From positions 13,863 to 77,862 of the forward strand of contig JAAXUA010000005.1 of the NCBI GenBank assembly GCA_013336275.1: a stretch of DNA of 64,000 nucleotides, given 5' to 3'. This document shows positions 27,238 through 37,348 of the stretch, piece by piece. A model generated the notes under the pieces. The model worked only from the letters and a program-made list of their open reading frames with translations, searched no databases and had not been told where the DNA came from. The translations under genes and the position numbers were made by a program. Source of the DNA: Candidatus Falkowbacteria bacterium (GTDB taxonomy: Bacteria > Patescibacteriota > Patescibacteriia > Patescibacteriales > GWE2-39-37). Numbering within the stretch: the first letter of the stretch is position 1; each line of letters begins with the position of its first letter.

Positions 27238-27642
27238 ATGTCCAACCAATTGGAAAAAGCCTTGGCACTATGCAAGAAGACCGGCGACCGGATTATCGTT
27301 TTCGAAAGTCCGCAGGCCGAAAACCCCTTCGTGCTGATGAACTTGACGGATTATGAGAAAATAGCTGTTTCTGGGAGCGAGGTCCGTGGCTTGACAGAAG
27401 CGGAGTTACTTGATAAGATAAATCGCGACATTGCGCTGTGGAAAAGCGAACAGGAGACCCTTGAATCGACCGACAGCGCAGTAGATTTTCTTGCTAGTAT
27501 TAAAGAAGATATGCCACTGAGTGATGAGTCGGCGACCCCCGAATCCAAGCGCTCCCAGTGGGCCATCAAAGACGAGGTTAAGAATGCGGCCGAAGAAGTG
27601 ATCGAAGAAGACCGCCAGTACCTCGAGACAGTCACTTATTAA
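27238..27642 (+). CDS. Hypothetical acidic protein between fusA and tuf
   Basis: 134-aa ORF co-oriented and tightly packed in the str operon. Confidence 0.8.
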   Translation: MSNQLEKALALCKKTGDRIIVFESPQAENPFVLMNLTDYEKIAVSGSEVRGLTEAELLDKINRDIALWKSEQETLESTDSAVDFLASIKEDMPLSDESATPESKRSQWAIKDEVKNAAEEVIEEDRQYLETVTY

Positions 27643-27759
27643 ATCATTTATTAAATAACCTAATTAAACTAACGGCTGGTTGCCTCTATAATCAGTTGGG
27701 CTAATAACCTCCACACGTTCTTTCGTTTGGTGGGCCGTGTAAAAAAAGGAAAAAATAAT

Positions 27760-28947
27760 ATGGCAGAGAAATTCGAACGAACAAAGCCGCATGTCAACAT
27801 CGGCACCATCGGCCACGTTGACCACGGCAAGACCACTCTTACCGCAGCTATCCTCAGGGTTCTGAGCGACCGCGGTTTGACTGCTTCTGATCGCTCAGTC
27901 GACCAGATCGACTCAGCTCCGGAAGAGAAAGCTCGCGGTATCACCATCGCAACCGCCCACGTCGAATACGAATCGGAGAAGCGCCACTACGCTCATGTCG
28001 ATTGTCCTGGTCATGCTGACTACGTCAAGAACATGATTACCGGTGCTGCTCAGATGGACGGCGCTATCTTGGTTGTCGCTGCGACTGATGGCCCTATGCC
28101 TCAGACTCGCGAGCACATCCTTTTGGCTCGCCAGGTCGGCGTGCCTTACATCGTCGTCTTCTTGAACAAGTGCGACATGGTTGAGGACAAGGAATTGATC
28201 GACCTCGTCGAAGAGGAAGTCCGCGATCTCTTGAAGAAGTATGAATTCCCAGGCGACGCAACTCCGATCATCCGCGGTTCCGCTTTGCAGGCTTTGAACA
28301 ATCCTGCCGGCGAATACGGCGACAAGGTCATGGAACTGATCAAAGCTTGCGACGAATATATCCCAGAACCGATCCGCGATACCGATAAGCCTTTCTTGAT
28401 GCCTATCGAAGACATCTTCTCCATCGAAGGTCGCGGCACTGTTGTCACCGGCCGTATCGAGCGCGGTGTCATCAAGGTCAACGAAGAAGTCGAGATCGTC
28501 GGTTTGGGCGAGACCCGCAAGACCGTCGTTACTGGTATCGAAATGTTCAACAAGCAGTTGGACCAGGGTATGTCCGGCGATAACGCTGGCTTGCTCTTGC
28601 GCGGTACCAAGAAGGACGAAGTCGAGCGCGGCCAGGTATTGGCTAAGACCGGCACCGTTACTCCTCACTCCGAATTCGAAGCCGAGGTCGTCATTTTGAC
28701 CAAGGAAGAAGGCGGACGCCACAAGCCTTTCTTCAAGGGCTACAAGCCGCAGTTCTATATCCGCACCACTGACGTTACTGGTGAGGTCGAACTGCCAGCC
28801 GGCACTGAGATGGTTATGCCTGGCGATACCGTCAGCTTCACCGTCAAGCTGTTGACTGCTGTTGCACTCGAAGAGAAGATGCGTTTCGCTATCCGCGAAG
28901 GCGGTCGTACCGTCGGCGCTGGTGTCGTAACCAAGATTCTTAAATAG
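27760..28947 (+). CDS. tuf: Elongation factor Tu
   Basis: [17 protein letters not shown]; start corrected to ATG 27760. Confidence 0.99.
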   Translation: MAEKFERTKPHVNIGTIGHVDHGKTTLTAAILRVLSDRGLTASDRSVDQIDSAPEEKARGITIATAHVEYESEKRHYAHVDCPGHADYVKNMITGAAQMDGAILVVAATDGPMPQTREHILLARQVGVPYIVVFLNKCDMVEDKELIDLVEEEVRDLLKKYEFPGDATPIIRGSALQALNNPAGEYGDKVMELIKACDEYIPEPIRDTDKPFLMPIEDIFSIEGRGTVVTGRIERGVIKVNEEVEIVGLGETRKTVVTGIEMFNKQLDQGMSGDNAGLLLRGTKKDEVERGQVLAKTGTVTPHSEFEAEVVILTKEEGGRHKPFFKGYKPQFYIRTTDVTGEVELPAGTEMVMPGDTVSFTVKLLTAVALEEKMRFAIREGGRTVGAGVVTKILK

Positions 28948-29012
28948 CAGATTCATCCCTCGTCAAGAAATTGGCGAGGGTTAATCTATTATGTAAGTAA
29001 TTAAGCAATTTC

Positions 29013-29375
29013 ATGACCGAAGCAAAAGGAAAAACCGAAGCGAAAAAGGTTGCCGGCGGCAAGGAAGAATTCTCCCAGCGCATCCGGATCAAGATCAAGG
29101 CCTTTGATCATAAGATCATCGACCAATCGACCAAGACCATAATCGACACAGCTTTAAGGAGTGGTGCCAAGGTCTTCGGCCCGATCCCGTTGCCGACCGA
29201 GAAGAAGAAGTACACGGTTAACCGTTCCACCTTCGTGCACAAGGATGCTCGCGACCAGTTCGAGATGCGCATCCATAAGCGCATCGTGGATATCGTCGAG
29301 CCGTCTGCTCAGACCATCGAGGCGCTTTCTTCGTTGAGCTTGCCATCTGGCGTCGACGTGGAGATTAAGATGTAA
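29013..29375 (+). CDS. rpsJ: 30S ribosomal protein uS10
   Basis: [27 protein letters not shown]. Confidence 0.98.
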   Translation: MTEAKGKTEAKKVAGGKEEFSQRIRIKIKAFDHKIIDQSTKTIIDTALRSGAKVFGPIPLPTEKKKYTVNRSTFVHKDARDQFEMRIHKRIVDIVEPSAQTIEALSSLSLPSGVDVEIKM

Positions 29376-29378
29376 AAC

Positions 29379-29482
29379 GAGATTGTCCTATCGCTCGAAA
29401 GGGCCACTGAGGACTGATGAGTAATCATCACCAAGATCTCAAAACAATCAGTAACGAACTCATGACGATCGACCCATCGTCA
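29379..29482 (+). ncRNA. Candidate structured RNA element in the rpsJ 3' region
   Basis: Three-way junction with two GNRA-capped hairpins, possible pseudoknot and an extra hairpin. Confidence 0.45.
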
Positions 29483-29515
29483 CCTGCTTTATTTACCCGA
29501 ACTCAGATATCATAC

Positions 29516-29545
29516 AAAAACACCCGGCTTAACCCGGGTGTTTTT
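29516..29545 (+). terminator. Terminator ending the str-rpsJ transcript (bidirectional form)
   Basis: AAAAACACCCGG...CCGGGTGTTTTT. Confidence 0.85.
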
Positions 29546-29598
29546 GCTTTCAGGGCAAGAAGAAGCGCGCCGTTATCAGCGGCGCGCCTGGGGGATCG

Positions 29599-29772
29599 TC
29601 AGGCATAGATGTTTATCTTTGCCTTCGGTGCAGAGACTGTTAAAGGGGTGGGGTTTTTGAGGAGATATCTCCCCTGATTTCGTGTTGCCTCCAATTGAAT
29701 TTTTTGAAATTCTTCTCGGAAGCCGAGGTCGGTTAAAAAGTTGCTTTTTTGTTTTTTAGGTTTTGCCAACAT
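29599..29772 (-). CDS. Small basic protein (57 aa, MLAKPKKQKSNFLTDLGFREEFQKIQL...) antisense between rpsJ and rplC
   Basis: GGAGG RBS; own TTGACA-17-TATATT promoter near 29808-29836; not in the ORF track. Confidence 0.55.
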   Translation of the reverse strand: MLAKPKKQKSNFLTDLGFREEFQKIQLEATRNQGRYLLKNPTPLTVSAPKAKINIYA

Positions 29773-29928
29773 GGCAGCCTCCGGTTCGGTTGATTAAAAT
29801 ACTTAATAATATAGCATAATTTGTTAAATTTGTCAATGTATCTTGTGGTTATTTGAAGCCGGTTAGGGCGGCTTTTCTTGGTCCTTGCGGGCCCTTCTGG
29901 GCACTGGCAACACGCCCGTCGCAGAGCC

Positions 29929-30271
29929 TTGACATAGTGCTAGTTTTCGTGTAAGATTTAATAGTTCGAAAGAAATATAAGTTTCCAACAAGCAATTTTA
30001 CACTTCTTTTATCTAAAGTTAGCTAAAAGAAAAGGTGAGAAAGCGACTCTGGAAATTGCAGGAGTAACATTCATAAATAAGCTACATAGTCACGGGATAA
30101 AAGTTCGAGCTCAAGAGGGCCTTAAGAACGATTATTTGTTTAGACTGGTTTGTTTATGAACAAAGCAGTTTTTTATTTTATAAAGATATTATCGAATTCT
30201 CTGGATCCTTAAGGGGTCTGGCAGGCAAATGAGCCGATGGTTCCGCTTTGCTGGATTGAATTCAACAGATT
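29929..30271 (+). promoter_or_regulatory. Promoter and ~300-nt 5' leader of the rplC operon
   Basis: TTGACA...TAAGAT at 29929-29958; leader contains TTCATAAATAAGC/GGTTTGTTTATGAA pairing. Confidence 0.55.
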
Positions 30272-31480
30272 ATGAAATTCGCATTAGCCAAGAAAGTTGA
30301 GATGACCCAGGTTTGGCGTAACGAGATCGCAATCCCCGTTACCAAGGTAAAACTCGAGCCAGGTTCAATCGTTCAGATCAAGACATCAGACCGCGACGGT
30401 TATGATGCTGTTGTCGTTGGTTTCGGTTCACGCCGCGCCAAGAATATCGCTAAGCCACAGCTCGGGCAGATGAAGGGCGTCGGCAATTTCCGTTATTTGA
30501 AAGAATTCCGTTATCGTTTGGATATCCGCACTAACGAGAAGGCTGAGTTTGCCGCTCTGACTCGCGGTTTGGCCATCGACCCAGCCACTTTCGAAGTCGG
30601 CGACATGGTCAAGGTCCAGGGTGACAGCAAGGGCAAGGGCTTCCAGGGTGGCGTCAAGCGCCATCGTTTTGCCGGCCATAAGACCACTCATGGTACCAAA
30701 GACCAGGTCCGTATGCCTGGCTCGATCGGCGCCGGTGAGCCGCAGCACGTTTTCAAAGGCACCCGCATGGCTGGCCGCATGGGCGGTGAGTCTGTTACCG
30801 TTTCGAATTTAGAGATTATCGATATCGACCTTGAAGAAGGCACTATGCTGGTCAAAGGCGCTTTGCCAGGCGCTCGCAACGGCGTTCTGACCATCGTCGG
30901 ACGCGGCGACCTCAAGACCAAGGCTGCAGCTGAAGCAAAAGCTGAAGAGAAGGTCGAAGAGGTGAAGCAGGAAGAAGCTAAGACCGAGGTCAAAGCTGAA
31001 GAGAAGGTTGAAGAAACCAAGGCAGAAGAGAAGACCGAGACTAAGGCTGAAACAAAGGCCGAAGAGAAGCCAGCTGCCGAAGTGAAAGAGGAGGCTAAGG
31101 TTGAAGAGAAGTCGGAAGAGAAAAAGGAAGAGCCTAAGCCAAAGACTGAAAAGAAAGCTGAAGAGAAGTTTGAAGATAGCTATATTGATAAGTTCAATCA
31201 CTTACCAGAAGCTGAACGTGAGAAATATTCACAGCCAGCCATCATGGATGCTTTGAACGAATTGGAAAGGCAATATAACATTGATTTGGTTCCTGTCTTG
31301 ACCAAGGTTGCAGTTGCCGAACTCAAGACCGAAGAGGTCGCCAAGTTCATCGAGACCGAATTCAAGCTTGAGACCGCCAAGGCTGAGGAAATCGCCAAGG
31401 CCATGCAAGATAAAATTTTTAACCTCGTTGCCGCCGCTCCGGCTGCCCCAACAGAGGCTCCAGTAACTAGCGAAAAATAA
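30272..31480 (+). CDS. rplC: 50S ribosomal protein uL3 with ~190-aa C-terminal extension
   Basis: DGYDAV, SKGKGFQGGVKRH, RMPGSIG, GTRMAGRMG, then an E/K/A-rich linker and a helical domain. Confidence 0.97.
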   Translation: MKFALAKKVEMTQVWRNEIAIPVTKVKLEPGSIVQIKTSDRDGYDAVVVGFGSRRAKNIAKPQLGQMKGVGNFRYLKEFRYRLDIRTNEKAEFAALTRGLAIDPATFEVGDMVKVQGDSKGKGFQGGVKRHRFAGHKTTHGTKDQVRMPGSIGAGEPQHVFKGTRMAGRMGGESVTVSNLEIIDIDLEEGTMLVKGALPGARNGVLTIVGRGDLKTKAAAEAKAEEKVEEVKQEEAKTEVKAEEKVEETKAEEKTETKAETKAEEKPAAEVKEEAKVEEKSEEKKEEPKPKTEKKAEEKFEDSYIDKFNHLPEAEREKYSQPAIMDALNELERQYNIDLVPVLTKVAVAELKTEEVAKFIETEFKLETAKAEEIAKAMQDKIFNLVAAAPAAPTEAPVTSEK

Positions 31481-31482
31481 CT

Positions 31483-32136
31483 ATGACTAAAGTTAAGTTG
31501 TACAATCAAAAAGCCGAGGCAATTGGCGAGCAGGAATTGAATGACCGTATTTTCGCTGTTGCTTTGAATGATGGCTTGGTCCATCAGGCAGTCGTTACCC
31601 AGCTGGCTAACGAACGACAGGTTTTGGCCCACACCAAAGGTCGCGCTGAAGTGCGCGGCGGCGGCAAGAAGCCATGGAAACAGAAGGGCACCGGACGCGC
31701 TCGCGCCGGTTCATCCCGTTCACCGATCTGGATCGGCGGCGGCGTGACCTTCGGTCCGTTGAACAATCGCAATTTCACAAAGAAGATCAACACGAAGATG
31801 AAGCAGCAGGCTTTATATATGGCTTTGACCGACAAGTTGGCTCACAATCAGCTGATGCTGCTTGATAAGGTCGAGTTCACCGAAATCAAGACCAAGGTTT
31901 TTAGTGAGATGCTTAAGGGTATCGAGACTAAGGTTTTGCCTCGCGAGGCTAAGACTAAGCGCAGCGCTTTGGTCGTATTAGCCGGCAAGGATGAAAATAC
32001 CAAGCTTTCTGGACGCAACCTGGCTGGCGTCGAGGTCATCAATCTGGACAACCTGAACATCGTCGATGTCCTGAAATACCGCGACCTGATCATGACCGTC
32101 GATGGTGTTAAAAAATTAGAAGCAAGATTAAAGTAA
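31483..32136 (+). CDS. rplD: 50S ribosomal protein uL4
   Basis: KPWKQKGTGRARAG. Confidence 0.98.
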   Translation: MTKVKLYNQKAEAIGEQELNDRIFAVALNDGLVHQAVVTQLANERQVLAHTKGRAEVRGGGKKPWKQKGTGRARAGSSRSPIWIGGGVTFGPLNNRNFTKKINTKMKQQALYMALTDKLAHNQLMLLDKVEFTEIKTKVFSEMLKGIETKVLPREAKTKRSALVVLAGKDENTKLSGRNLAGVEVINLDNLNIVDVLKYRDLIMTVDGVKKLEARLK

Positions 32137-32140
32137 ATCT

Positions 32141-32608
32141 ATGGCAATATTTGGCAAAAAAGAAGAAACTGCAGCTGCCAGCAAGCCGGCCGCCAAGAAA
32201 TCGGCTGCCCCTAAGACTGCTAAGACTGCCGCTGCCAAGGCTCCAGCCGATTCCAGCATGAAGGATCTTTATTCGGAAGGCGGCAAGAAAGCGTCTGATA
32301 AGACCGAGAGCAAGCGCAAGTATGATCAGGCTTATCGCTGGATCGTCAAGCCGTTGGTTACTGAGAAGGCCAGCGTCCTGAACGCCTTGAACCAATATGT
32401 TTTCGCCGTTGCTAAGGATGCCAACAAGATCGAGGTGGCCAAGGCCATCGAGTCGATCTACGGAGTCAAGCCGGTTTCCGTAAACATGCTGCGTGTCTCT
32501 GGCAAGAACGTCCGCTTCGGACGCATCCAGGGCAAGCGCAAGGATTGGAAGAAGGCCGTCGTCACTCTGCCGGCCGGCAAGTCGATCAAAGTTTACGAAG
32601 GAGTTTAA
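32141..32608 (+). CDS. rplW: 50S ribosomal protein uL23 with N-terminal Ala/Lys-rich extension
   Basis: PLVTEKAS, ANKIEVAKAIE, WKKAVVTL. Confidence 0.96.
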   Translation: MAIFGKKEETAAASKPAAKKSAAPKTAKTAAAKAPADSSMKDLYSEGGKKASDKTESKRKYDQAYRWIVKPLVTEKASVLNALNQYVFAVAKDANKIEVAKAIESIYGVKPVSVNMLRVSGKNVRFGRIQGKRKDWKKAVVTLPAGKSIKVYEGV

Positions 32609-32634
32609 TAGAAAGTAATTCGCATTGAGCATAT

Positions 32635-33474
32635 ATGGCTATTATCAAAGTAAAACCTACAACCAATGGACGGCGCGGAATGAGTTTTGATGATTTTTCA
32701 GACATCACCAAACGCGAACCGGAAAAGGCATTGGTCATCGTAAAAAAGCGCTGCTCTGGCCGCAATAACCAGGGTAAGATCACTGTCCGCCATCGCGGCG
32801 GCGGTTCTAAGCGCGGCATCCGCATCATCGATTTCAAGCGTGACAAGTTCGGCATTCCGGGCAAGGTCGCAGCTATCGAGTACGATCCGAATCGCGGAGC
32901 CCGTTTAGCTTTGATTAATTATGCCGATGGCGCGAAGCGTTATATCGTCGCTCCTGTCGACTTGAATGTCGGCGCAGCCATTATGAGCTCACAAGAGCAG
33001 ATCGAGATCCTTCCAGGAAACGCGATGCCGGTCAAGTTCATCCCAGCCGGTGTCATGATTTACAATATCGAGTTACAGCCTGGCCAGGGCGGCAAGATCG
33101 CCCGCGGTGCCGGTGTCGGAGTCCGCGTGATGGGCGTCGAGGGCAATTTCGCCCAGATCAAGATGCCATCCGGCGAAATCCGCCTGATCAAGAAAGAATG
33201 CTTGTGCTCTATCGGCCAAGTCTCCAATCCTGACCATTCGAAGATCAATGTCGGCAAGGCCGGACGCAGCCGCCGTATGGGCATCCGTCCTACCGTCCGC
33301 GGTACGGCCATGAATCCGAATGATCATCCACATGGCGGCGGCGAAGGCAACCAGCCGATCGGTTTGAAGCATCCGAAGACCAAGTGGGGCAAGCACGCTT
33401 TGGGCGTCAAGACTCGCAGGAGCAAGAAGTCCTCGAGCAAGCTGATCATCCAGAGGCGCAAAAAGAACAAGTAA
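32635..33474 (+). CDS. rplB: 50S ribosomal protein uL2
   Basis: [35 protein letters not shown]. Confidence 0.99.
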   Translation: MAIIKVKPTTNGRRGMSFDDFSDITKREPEKALVIVKKRCSGRNNQGKITVRHRGGGSKRGIRIIDFKRDKFGIPGKVAAIEYDPNRGARLALINYADGAKRYIVAPVDLNVGAAIMSSQEQIEILPGNAMPVKFIPAGVMIYNIELQPGQGGKIARGAGVGVRVMGVEGNFAQIKMPSGEIRLIKKECLCSIGQVSNPDHSKINVGKAGRSRRMGIRPTVRGTAMNPNDHPHGGGEGNQPIGLKHPKTKWGKHALGVKTRRSKKSSSKLIIQRRKKNK

Positions 33475-33491
33475 TTCAACATTCCAATATT

Positions 33492-33779
33492 ATGTCGAGA
33501 AGTTTAAAAAAAGGTCCATACGTTAATGAGCGCATCGTAAAGAAGGTGCTGAACCTGAAGCCAGGCGATAAGACTGTGATCAAGGTTTGGGATCGCGCTG
33601 CCACCATCACCCCGGAAATGGTAGGATTCACATTCGGCGTCCACAACGGCCGCCAGCACACTCCGGTTTATGTGGTTGAGAACATGGTCGGCCACAAGCT
33701 GGGAGAATTCTCTCCGACCAGGAAGTTCGTCAGCCATGGCGGCAAGATGGCCAAAGATCAGGCCAAAGGCAAGAAGTAA
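33492..33779 (+). CDS. rpsS: 30S ribosomal protein uS19
   Basis: [22 protein letters not shown]; start corrected. Confidence 0.98.
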   Translation: MSRSLKKGPYVNERIVKKVLNLKPGDKTVIKVWDRAATITPEMVGFTFGVHNGRQHTPVYVVENMVGHKLGEFSPTRKFVSHGGKMAKDQAKGKK

Positions 33780-33812
33780 GCATTTAACTAAACTTGGACA
33801 TTAGGTAATCAT

Positions 33813-34391
33813 ATGGAAATTACAGCCAAAGCAAAACATATTCACATGTCAGCACGCAAGGTCCGCCTGGTGGTTGATGTGGTGCGCGGCAATAAGGTTG
33901 ATCAGGCTTTAGCACAGTTGCAGTTCATCAATAAGCTTGCTACCAAACCGGTCGCCAAGCTGATCAATTCGGCTATCGCCAACGCGGAACACAACTTCAA
34001 TCTGGATCGCACCAACCTGTTCGTCAAGACCATCCGCGTCGATGAAGGCGTGACCATGAAGCGCTGGATGCCTAAGGCTCATGGACGCGCTACCCCGATC
34101 CGCAAGCGCTCCAGCCACATCATCGTGACTCTGGCTGAAATCAAAGATAGCGGCAGCCTGAAGGCTCGCGAGCAGAAGATCGAGGCTCCGATCAAACTCG
34201 GCACTAAGCCGACCGAAGAAGAGGGAGTCAAGGTCAAGAAGACTGACAAATCAAATGTACCGACCGAGACTGCTGATGAGAAGGGCGCCAAGGTCAATGA
34301 CCCGCGCTATACCGGACGCAGCGGACACGCTAAAGTCGAAGGCGGCAGCAAAGGCTTCGTCGGCAAGATGTTTCAGCGCAAGAGCGGCTAA
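33813..34391 (+). CDS. rplV: 50S ribosomal protein uL22 with ~80-aa C-terminal extension
   Basis: SARKVRLVVD, SAIANAEHN, IRKRSSHI. Confidence 0.97.
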   Translation: MEITAKAKHIHMSARKVRLVVDVVRGNKVDQALAQLQFINKLATKPVAKLINSAIANAEHNFNLDRTNLFVKTIRVDEGVTMKRWMPKAHGRATPIRKRSSHIIVTLAEIKDSGSLKAREQKIEAPIKLGTKPTEEEGVKVKKTDKSNVPTETADEKGAKVNDPRYTGRSGHAKVEGGSKGFVGKMFQRKSG

Positions 34392-34418
34392 TATTTTGAG
34401 AATAACTAATAAGATACT

Positions 34419-35111
34419 ATGGGACAAAAAGTCAATCCAAAAATTTTCCGAATCGGCATTACTAGAACCTGGGATTCGAAGTGGTTTGCTCAAGGCAAGG
34501 CCTATGCAAGCAATTTGGAACAGGATACCAAAGTGCGCAGGTATTTGATCAAGGAATTGCGCGAAGCCGGTGTCGATCGCGTAGAAGTCGAACGGAATCA
34601 TAAGAAGATTTCTGTCGGCATCTTTACTGCTAAGCCGGGACTGATTATCGGCCGCGGTGGCGCAGGTGCGGAAGATTTGAAGAAGAAGATCCACACCAAG
34701 TTTTTGAAAAATTATAAGATTTCCGACATTACTTTGAATATCACCGAAGTTGATCGTCCGAATCTGTCAGCCCAAATCCTGGCCCAGTCGATGGCTTTGG
34801 AAATCGAGAAGCGCATGCCTTTCCGCCGCGTCATGAAGCAGGCTATCAACCGCGTCGAGCGGGCCGGAGCCTTGGGCGTCAAAGTCGGCATCAAGGGTCG
34901 TCTGAACGGTGCGGAAATCGCCCGTAGCGAAGTCCTGACTTCCGGTTCGATCCCGCTGCACACCATGCGCGCAGACATCGATTACGCTCTGACCACTGCC
35001 GCCACCACCTACGGCGCTATCGGCATCAAAGTCTGGGTCTACAAAGGCGAAGTATTCGGCGGTGCCCAGTCCAAGAAGGGCGAAGTCATCAGAGAAAGGT
35101 CTAAAAAGTAA
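34419..35111 (+). CDS. rpsC: 30S ribosomal protein uS3
   Basis: MGQKVNP, GRLNGAEIARSE, PLHTMRADIDY. Confidence 0.98.
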   Translation: MGQKVNPKIFRIGITRTWDSKWFAQGKAYASNLEQDTKVRRYLIKELREAGVDRVEVERNHKKISVGIFTAKPGLIIGRGGAGAEDLKKKIHTKFLKNYKISDITLNITEVDRPNLSAQILAQSMALEIEKRMPFRRVMKQAINRVERAGALGVKVGIKGRLNGAEIARSEVLTSGSIPLHTMRADIDYALTTAATTYGAIGIKVWVYKGEVFGGAQSKKGEVIRERSKK

Positions 35112-35140
35112 TTTTTGTATAATAGTTTGAAGAAAATACT

Positions 35141-35548
35141 ATGTTAATGCCCAAGAAAACTAAATGGCGCAAATCACATAAAGGCAGCCGCGGAGGCAAG
35201 GCTACTCGCATGATCGATGTCAGTTTCGGCGAGTTCGGCTTGCAGAGCACTGAGAACTGCTGGGTTACCGCCCGTCAGATTGAAGCTACCCGCCGTGTCT
35301 TGACCCGCTACTTGAAAAAGGGCGGCAAGCTCTGGATCCGCGTTTTCCCGCACAAGCCGGTCACTCAGAAGTCAGGCGAAGTGCCTATGGGTAAAGGTAA
35401 GGGTTCAGTCGATCATTATGTGGCAGTCGTCAAGCCAGGCATGGTCTTGTTCGAAATCGAAGGTATTACCGCTGAATTGGCACGCGAGGCGATAACTTTG
35501 GCCGGCCACAAGCTGCCGGTGAAGTCTAAGTTCGTAACTAAGCACTAA
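35141..35548 (+). CDS. rplP: 50S ribosomal protein uL16
   Basis: [23 protein letters not shown]. Confidence 0.98.
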   Translation: MLMPKKTKWRKSHKGSRGGKATRMIDVSFGEFGLQSTENCWVTARQIEATRRVLTRYLKKGGKLWIRVFPHKPVTQKSGEVPMGKGKGSVDHYVAVVKPGMVLFEIEGITAELAREAITLAGHKLPVKSKFVTKH

Positions 35549-35552
35549 GAAT

Positions 35553-35753
35553 ATGGAACTAAAAGAGTTAAAAACCAAGAGTGAAGCGGAATTGCACCGT
35601 TCGTTGGCCGAATCACGGGAGAAGTTGCGCGATCTGCGCTTCAAGGACGCTTCACGACAGCTGAAGGATGTGCGCGAAATCAGGGAAGTGAAAAAGCTAA
35701 TTGCCCAGATTTTAACTCTGCTCCATCTGCCGAAGCAGTCGAGTGATCAATAA
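35553..35753 (+). CDS. rpmC: 50S ribosomal protein uL29
   Basis: Operon position; LRF...IREVKKLIAQILT. Confidence 0.95.
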   Translation: MELKELKTKSEAELHRSLAESREKLRDLRFKDASRQLKDVREIREVKKLIAQILTLLHLPKQSSDQ

Positions 35754-35771
35754 TCCAATCATTAGATAACT

Positions 35772-36044
35772 ATGACTAAAGAAGTTATTAAAACTGAAAA
35801 TACAGCCGCCGCCCCGATCCACCGCAAATTCAGCGGCGTGGTCATGAGCGACAAGATGGATAAGACCATCACCGTCAAAGTCGAGCAGGTGAAGATCCAC
35901 CCCAAGTACAAGAAGCGCTATACCGTCAGCACCAAATATAAAGTTCATGACGAGAAGAACCAGTATAAGGTAGGGGATAAGGTCAATTTCGTCGAATGCC
36001 GCCCTTTGTCTCGCGACAAGCGCTGGCGCGTAGTTAACGCCTAA
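35772..36044 (+). CDS. rpsQ: 30S ribosomal protein uS17
   Basis: [27 protein letters not shown]. Confidence 0.98.
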   Translation: MTKEVIKTENTAAAPIHRKFSGVVMSDKMDKTITVKVEQVKIHPKYKKRYTVSTKYKVHDEKNQYKVGDKVNFVECRPLSRDKRWRVVNA

Positions 36045-36065
36045 GAAATATTTGAGAACAATCAT

Positions 36066-36437
36066 ATGATACAGATGGGAACACGTTTATTAGTAGCCGA
36101 CAACAGCGGAGCCAAGAGGGTCCAGTGCATTAAGGTGCTCGGCGCGACCAAGAAGCGCTATGCCCGCATCGCTGAAATCATCACCGTTGCAGTCAAGGAA
36201 GCGGCACCGCACATGTCGATCAAGAAGGGTGATGTAGCTCACGCCGTGATTGTTCGCGTCAAGAAAGAGATCAGGCGCAACGACGGGACCTATATCCGCT
36301 TCAGCGAGAACGCTTGCGTCATTATCGATAAGAACAAGAAGGAACCGAAGGCCACCCGCGTGTTCGGTCCGATCGCCCGCGAAGTGCGCAAGGCAGGCTA
36401 TCAGAAGATCGCCTCGCTCGCTCCTGAGGTGCTATAA
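36066..36437 (+). CDS. rplN: 50S ribosomal protein uL14
   Basis: [24 protein letters not shown]. Confidence 0.98.
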   Translation: MIQMGTRLLVADNSGAKRVQCIKVLGATKKRYARIAEIITVAVKEAAPHMSIKKGDVAHAVIVRVKKEIRRNDGTYIRFSENACVIIDKNKKEPKATRVFGPIAREVRKAGYQKIASLAPEVL

Positions 36438-36458
36438 CTAAAACATTGGACAGCGTAT

Positions 36459-36785
36459 ATGAAAATCAAGAAAAACGACAAAGTAATGATCCTGGCCGGC
36501 AAGGATAACGGCAAGACCGGCAAGGTCCTGCAGGTATTCCCGGTAAGGCAGCGCGTCAGCGTTGAAGGCTTGAATCTTTTGATCAAGCATTTGCGCCCAC
36601 GTCGCGAAGGCGAGAAAGGCCAGCGCATCGAGTTTCCAGCCCCATTGAACATGTCCAATGTCATGCTGGTCTGCACCAAGTGCGGCAAGCCGACCCGAGT
36701 CGCCTATAAGGTCACCGAAGGCGCTGATGGCGCCAAGAAGACCAAGGTGCGAGTATGTAAGAAATGTAAACAAGTGATCGATTAA
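36459..36785 (+). CDS. rplX: 50S ribosomal protein uL24
   Basis: KOW motif DKVMILAGKDNGKTGKV. Confidence 0.97.
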   Translation: MKIKKNDKVMILAGKDNGKTGKVLQVFPVRQRVSVEGLNLLIKHLRPRREGEKGQRIEFPAPLNMSNVMLVCTKCGKPTRVAYKVTEGADGAKKTKVRVCKKCKQVID

Positions 36786-36789
36786 CCAT

Positions 36790-37335
36790 ATGAGATTACA
36801 AGAGCGATACAAAAAGGAAATATTGCCTAGCCTCCAGAAGGAATTCGGCATCAAGAACATCTTGGCAACACCGCGCTTAGTGAAGGTAGTGTTGAACGTC
36901 GGTGTCGGCCGCCAGACCAAGGAGCAGGCTTTCGTCGATAACGTCGAGAAGACCCTGACCAGGATCACTGGCCAGAAGCCGGTCAAGACCAAGGCCAGGA
37001 AGTCGATTGCTTCTTTCAAGGTCCGTGAGGGCCAGATCATCGGCCTCAAGGTGACTTTGCGCGGCCAGCGGATGTATGACTTCCTCGAGAAGCTGGTATC
37101 CGTGTCTTTCCCGCGCATCCGCGACTTCCGCGGCATCTCTGACAAGATGGTCGACAAGCAGGGCAATATGACCATCGGCTTCAAAGAGCACACGGCTTTC
37201 CCGGAAGTCAGAGCTGAAGATATCGACAATGTCCATGGCCTGGAGATCTGCATCGACACTACCGCCGAGAACCGCGAGACCGGTTTGGCCCTGTTCCGAG
37301 CGTTGGGTTTTCCTTTTAAGACCGAAGAAAAATAA
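36790..37335 (+). CDS. rplE: 50S ribosomal protein uL5
   Basis: ITGQKPV, KVTLRG, PRIRDFRG. Confidence 0.98.
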   Translation: MRLQERYKKEILPSLQKEFGIKNILATPRLVKVVLNVGVGRQTKEQAFVDNVEKTLTRITGQKPVKTKARKSIASFKVREGQIIGLKVTLRGQRMYDFLEKLVSVSFPRIRDFRGISDKMVDKQGNMTIGFKEHTAFPEVRAEDIDNVHGLEICIDTTAENRETGLALFRALGFPFKTEEK

Positions 37336-37348
37336 TTGATCAAAGAAT

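Noticed and set aside
29384..29460. Hammerhead ribozyme suggested by CTGATGAG...CGAA
   Set aside because: The core is incomplete (GAAC rather than GAAA, no proper stem II, G at the cleavage position), and TGATGA is better explained as a stem pairing with TCATCA.
29417..29608. 63-aa plus-strand ORF after rpsJ
   Set aside because: Runs through a strong terminator, and its start is buried in a GNRA hairpin; the RNA structure explains the region better.
30915..31175. Repetitive GAAGAGAAG-type sequence as CRISPR array or VNTR
   Set aside because: Imperfect in-frame codon repeats of the uL3 low-complexity linker; no constant repeat-spacer pattern and no cas genes in the window.
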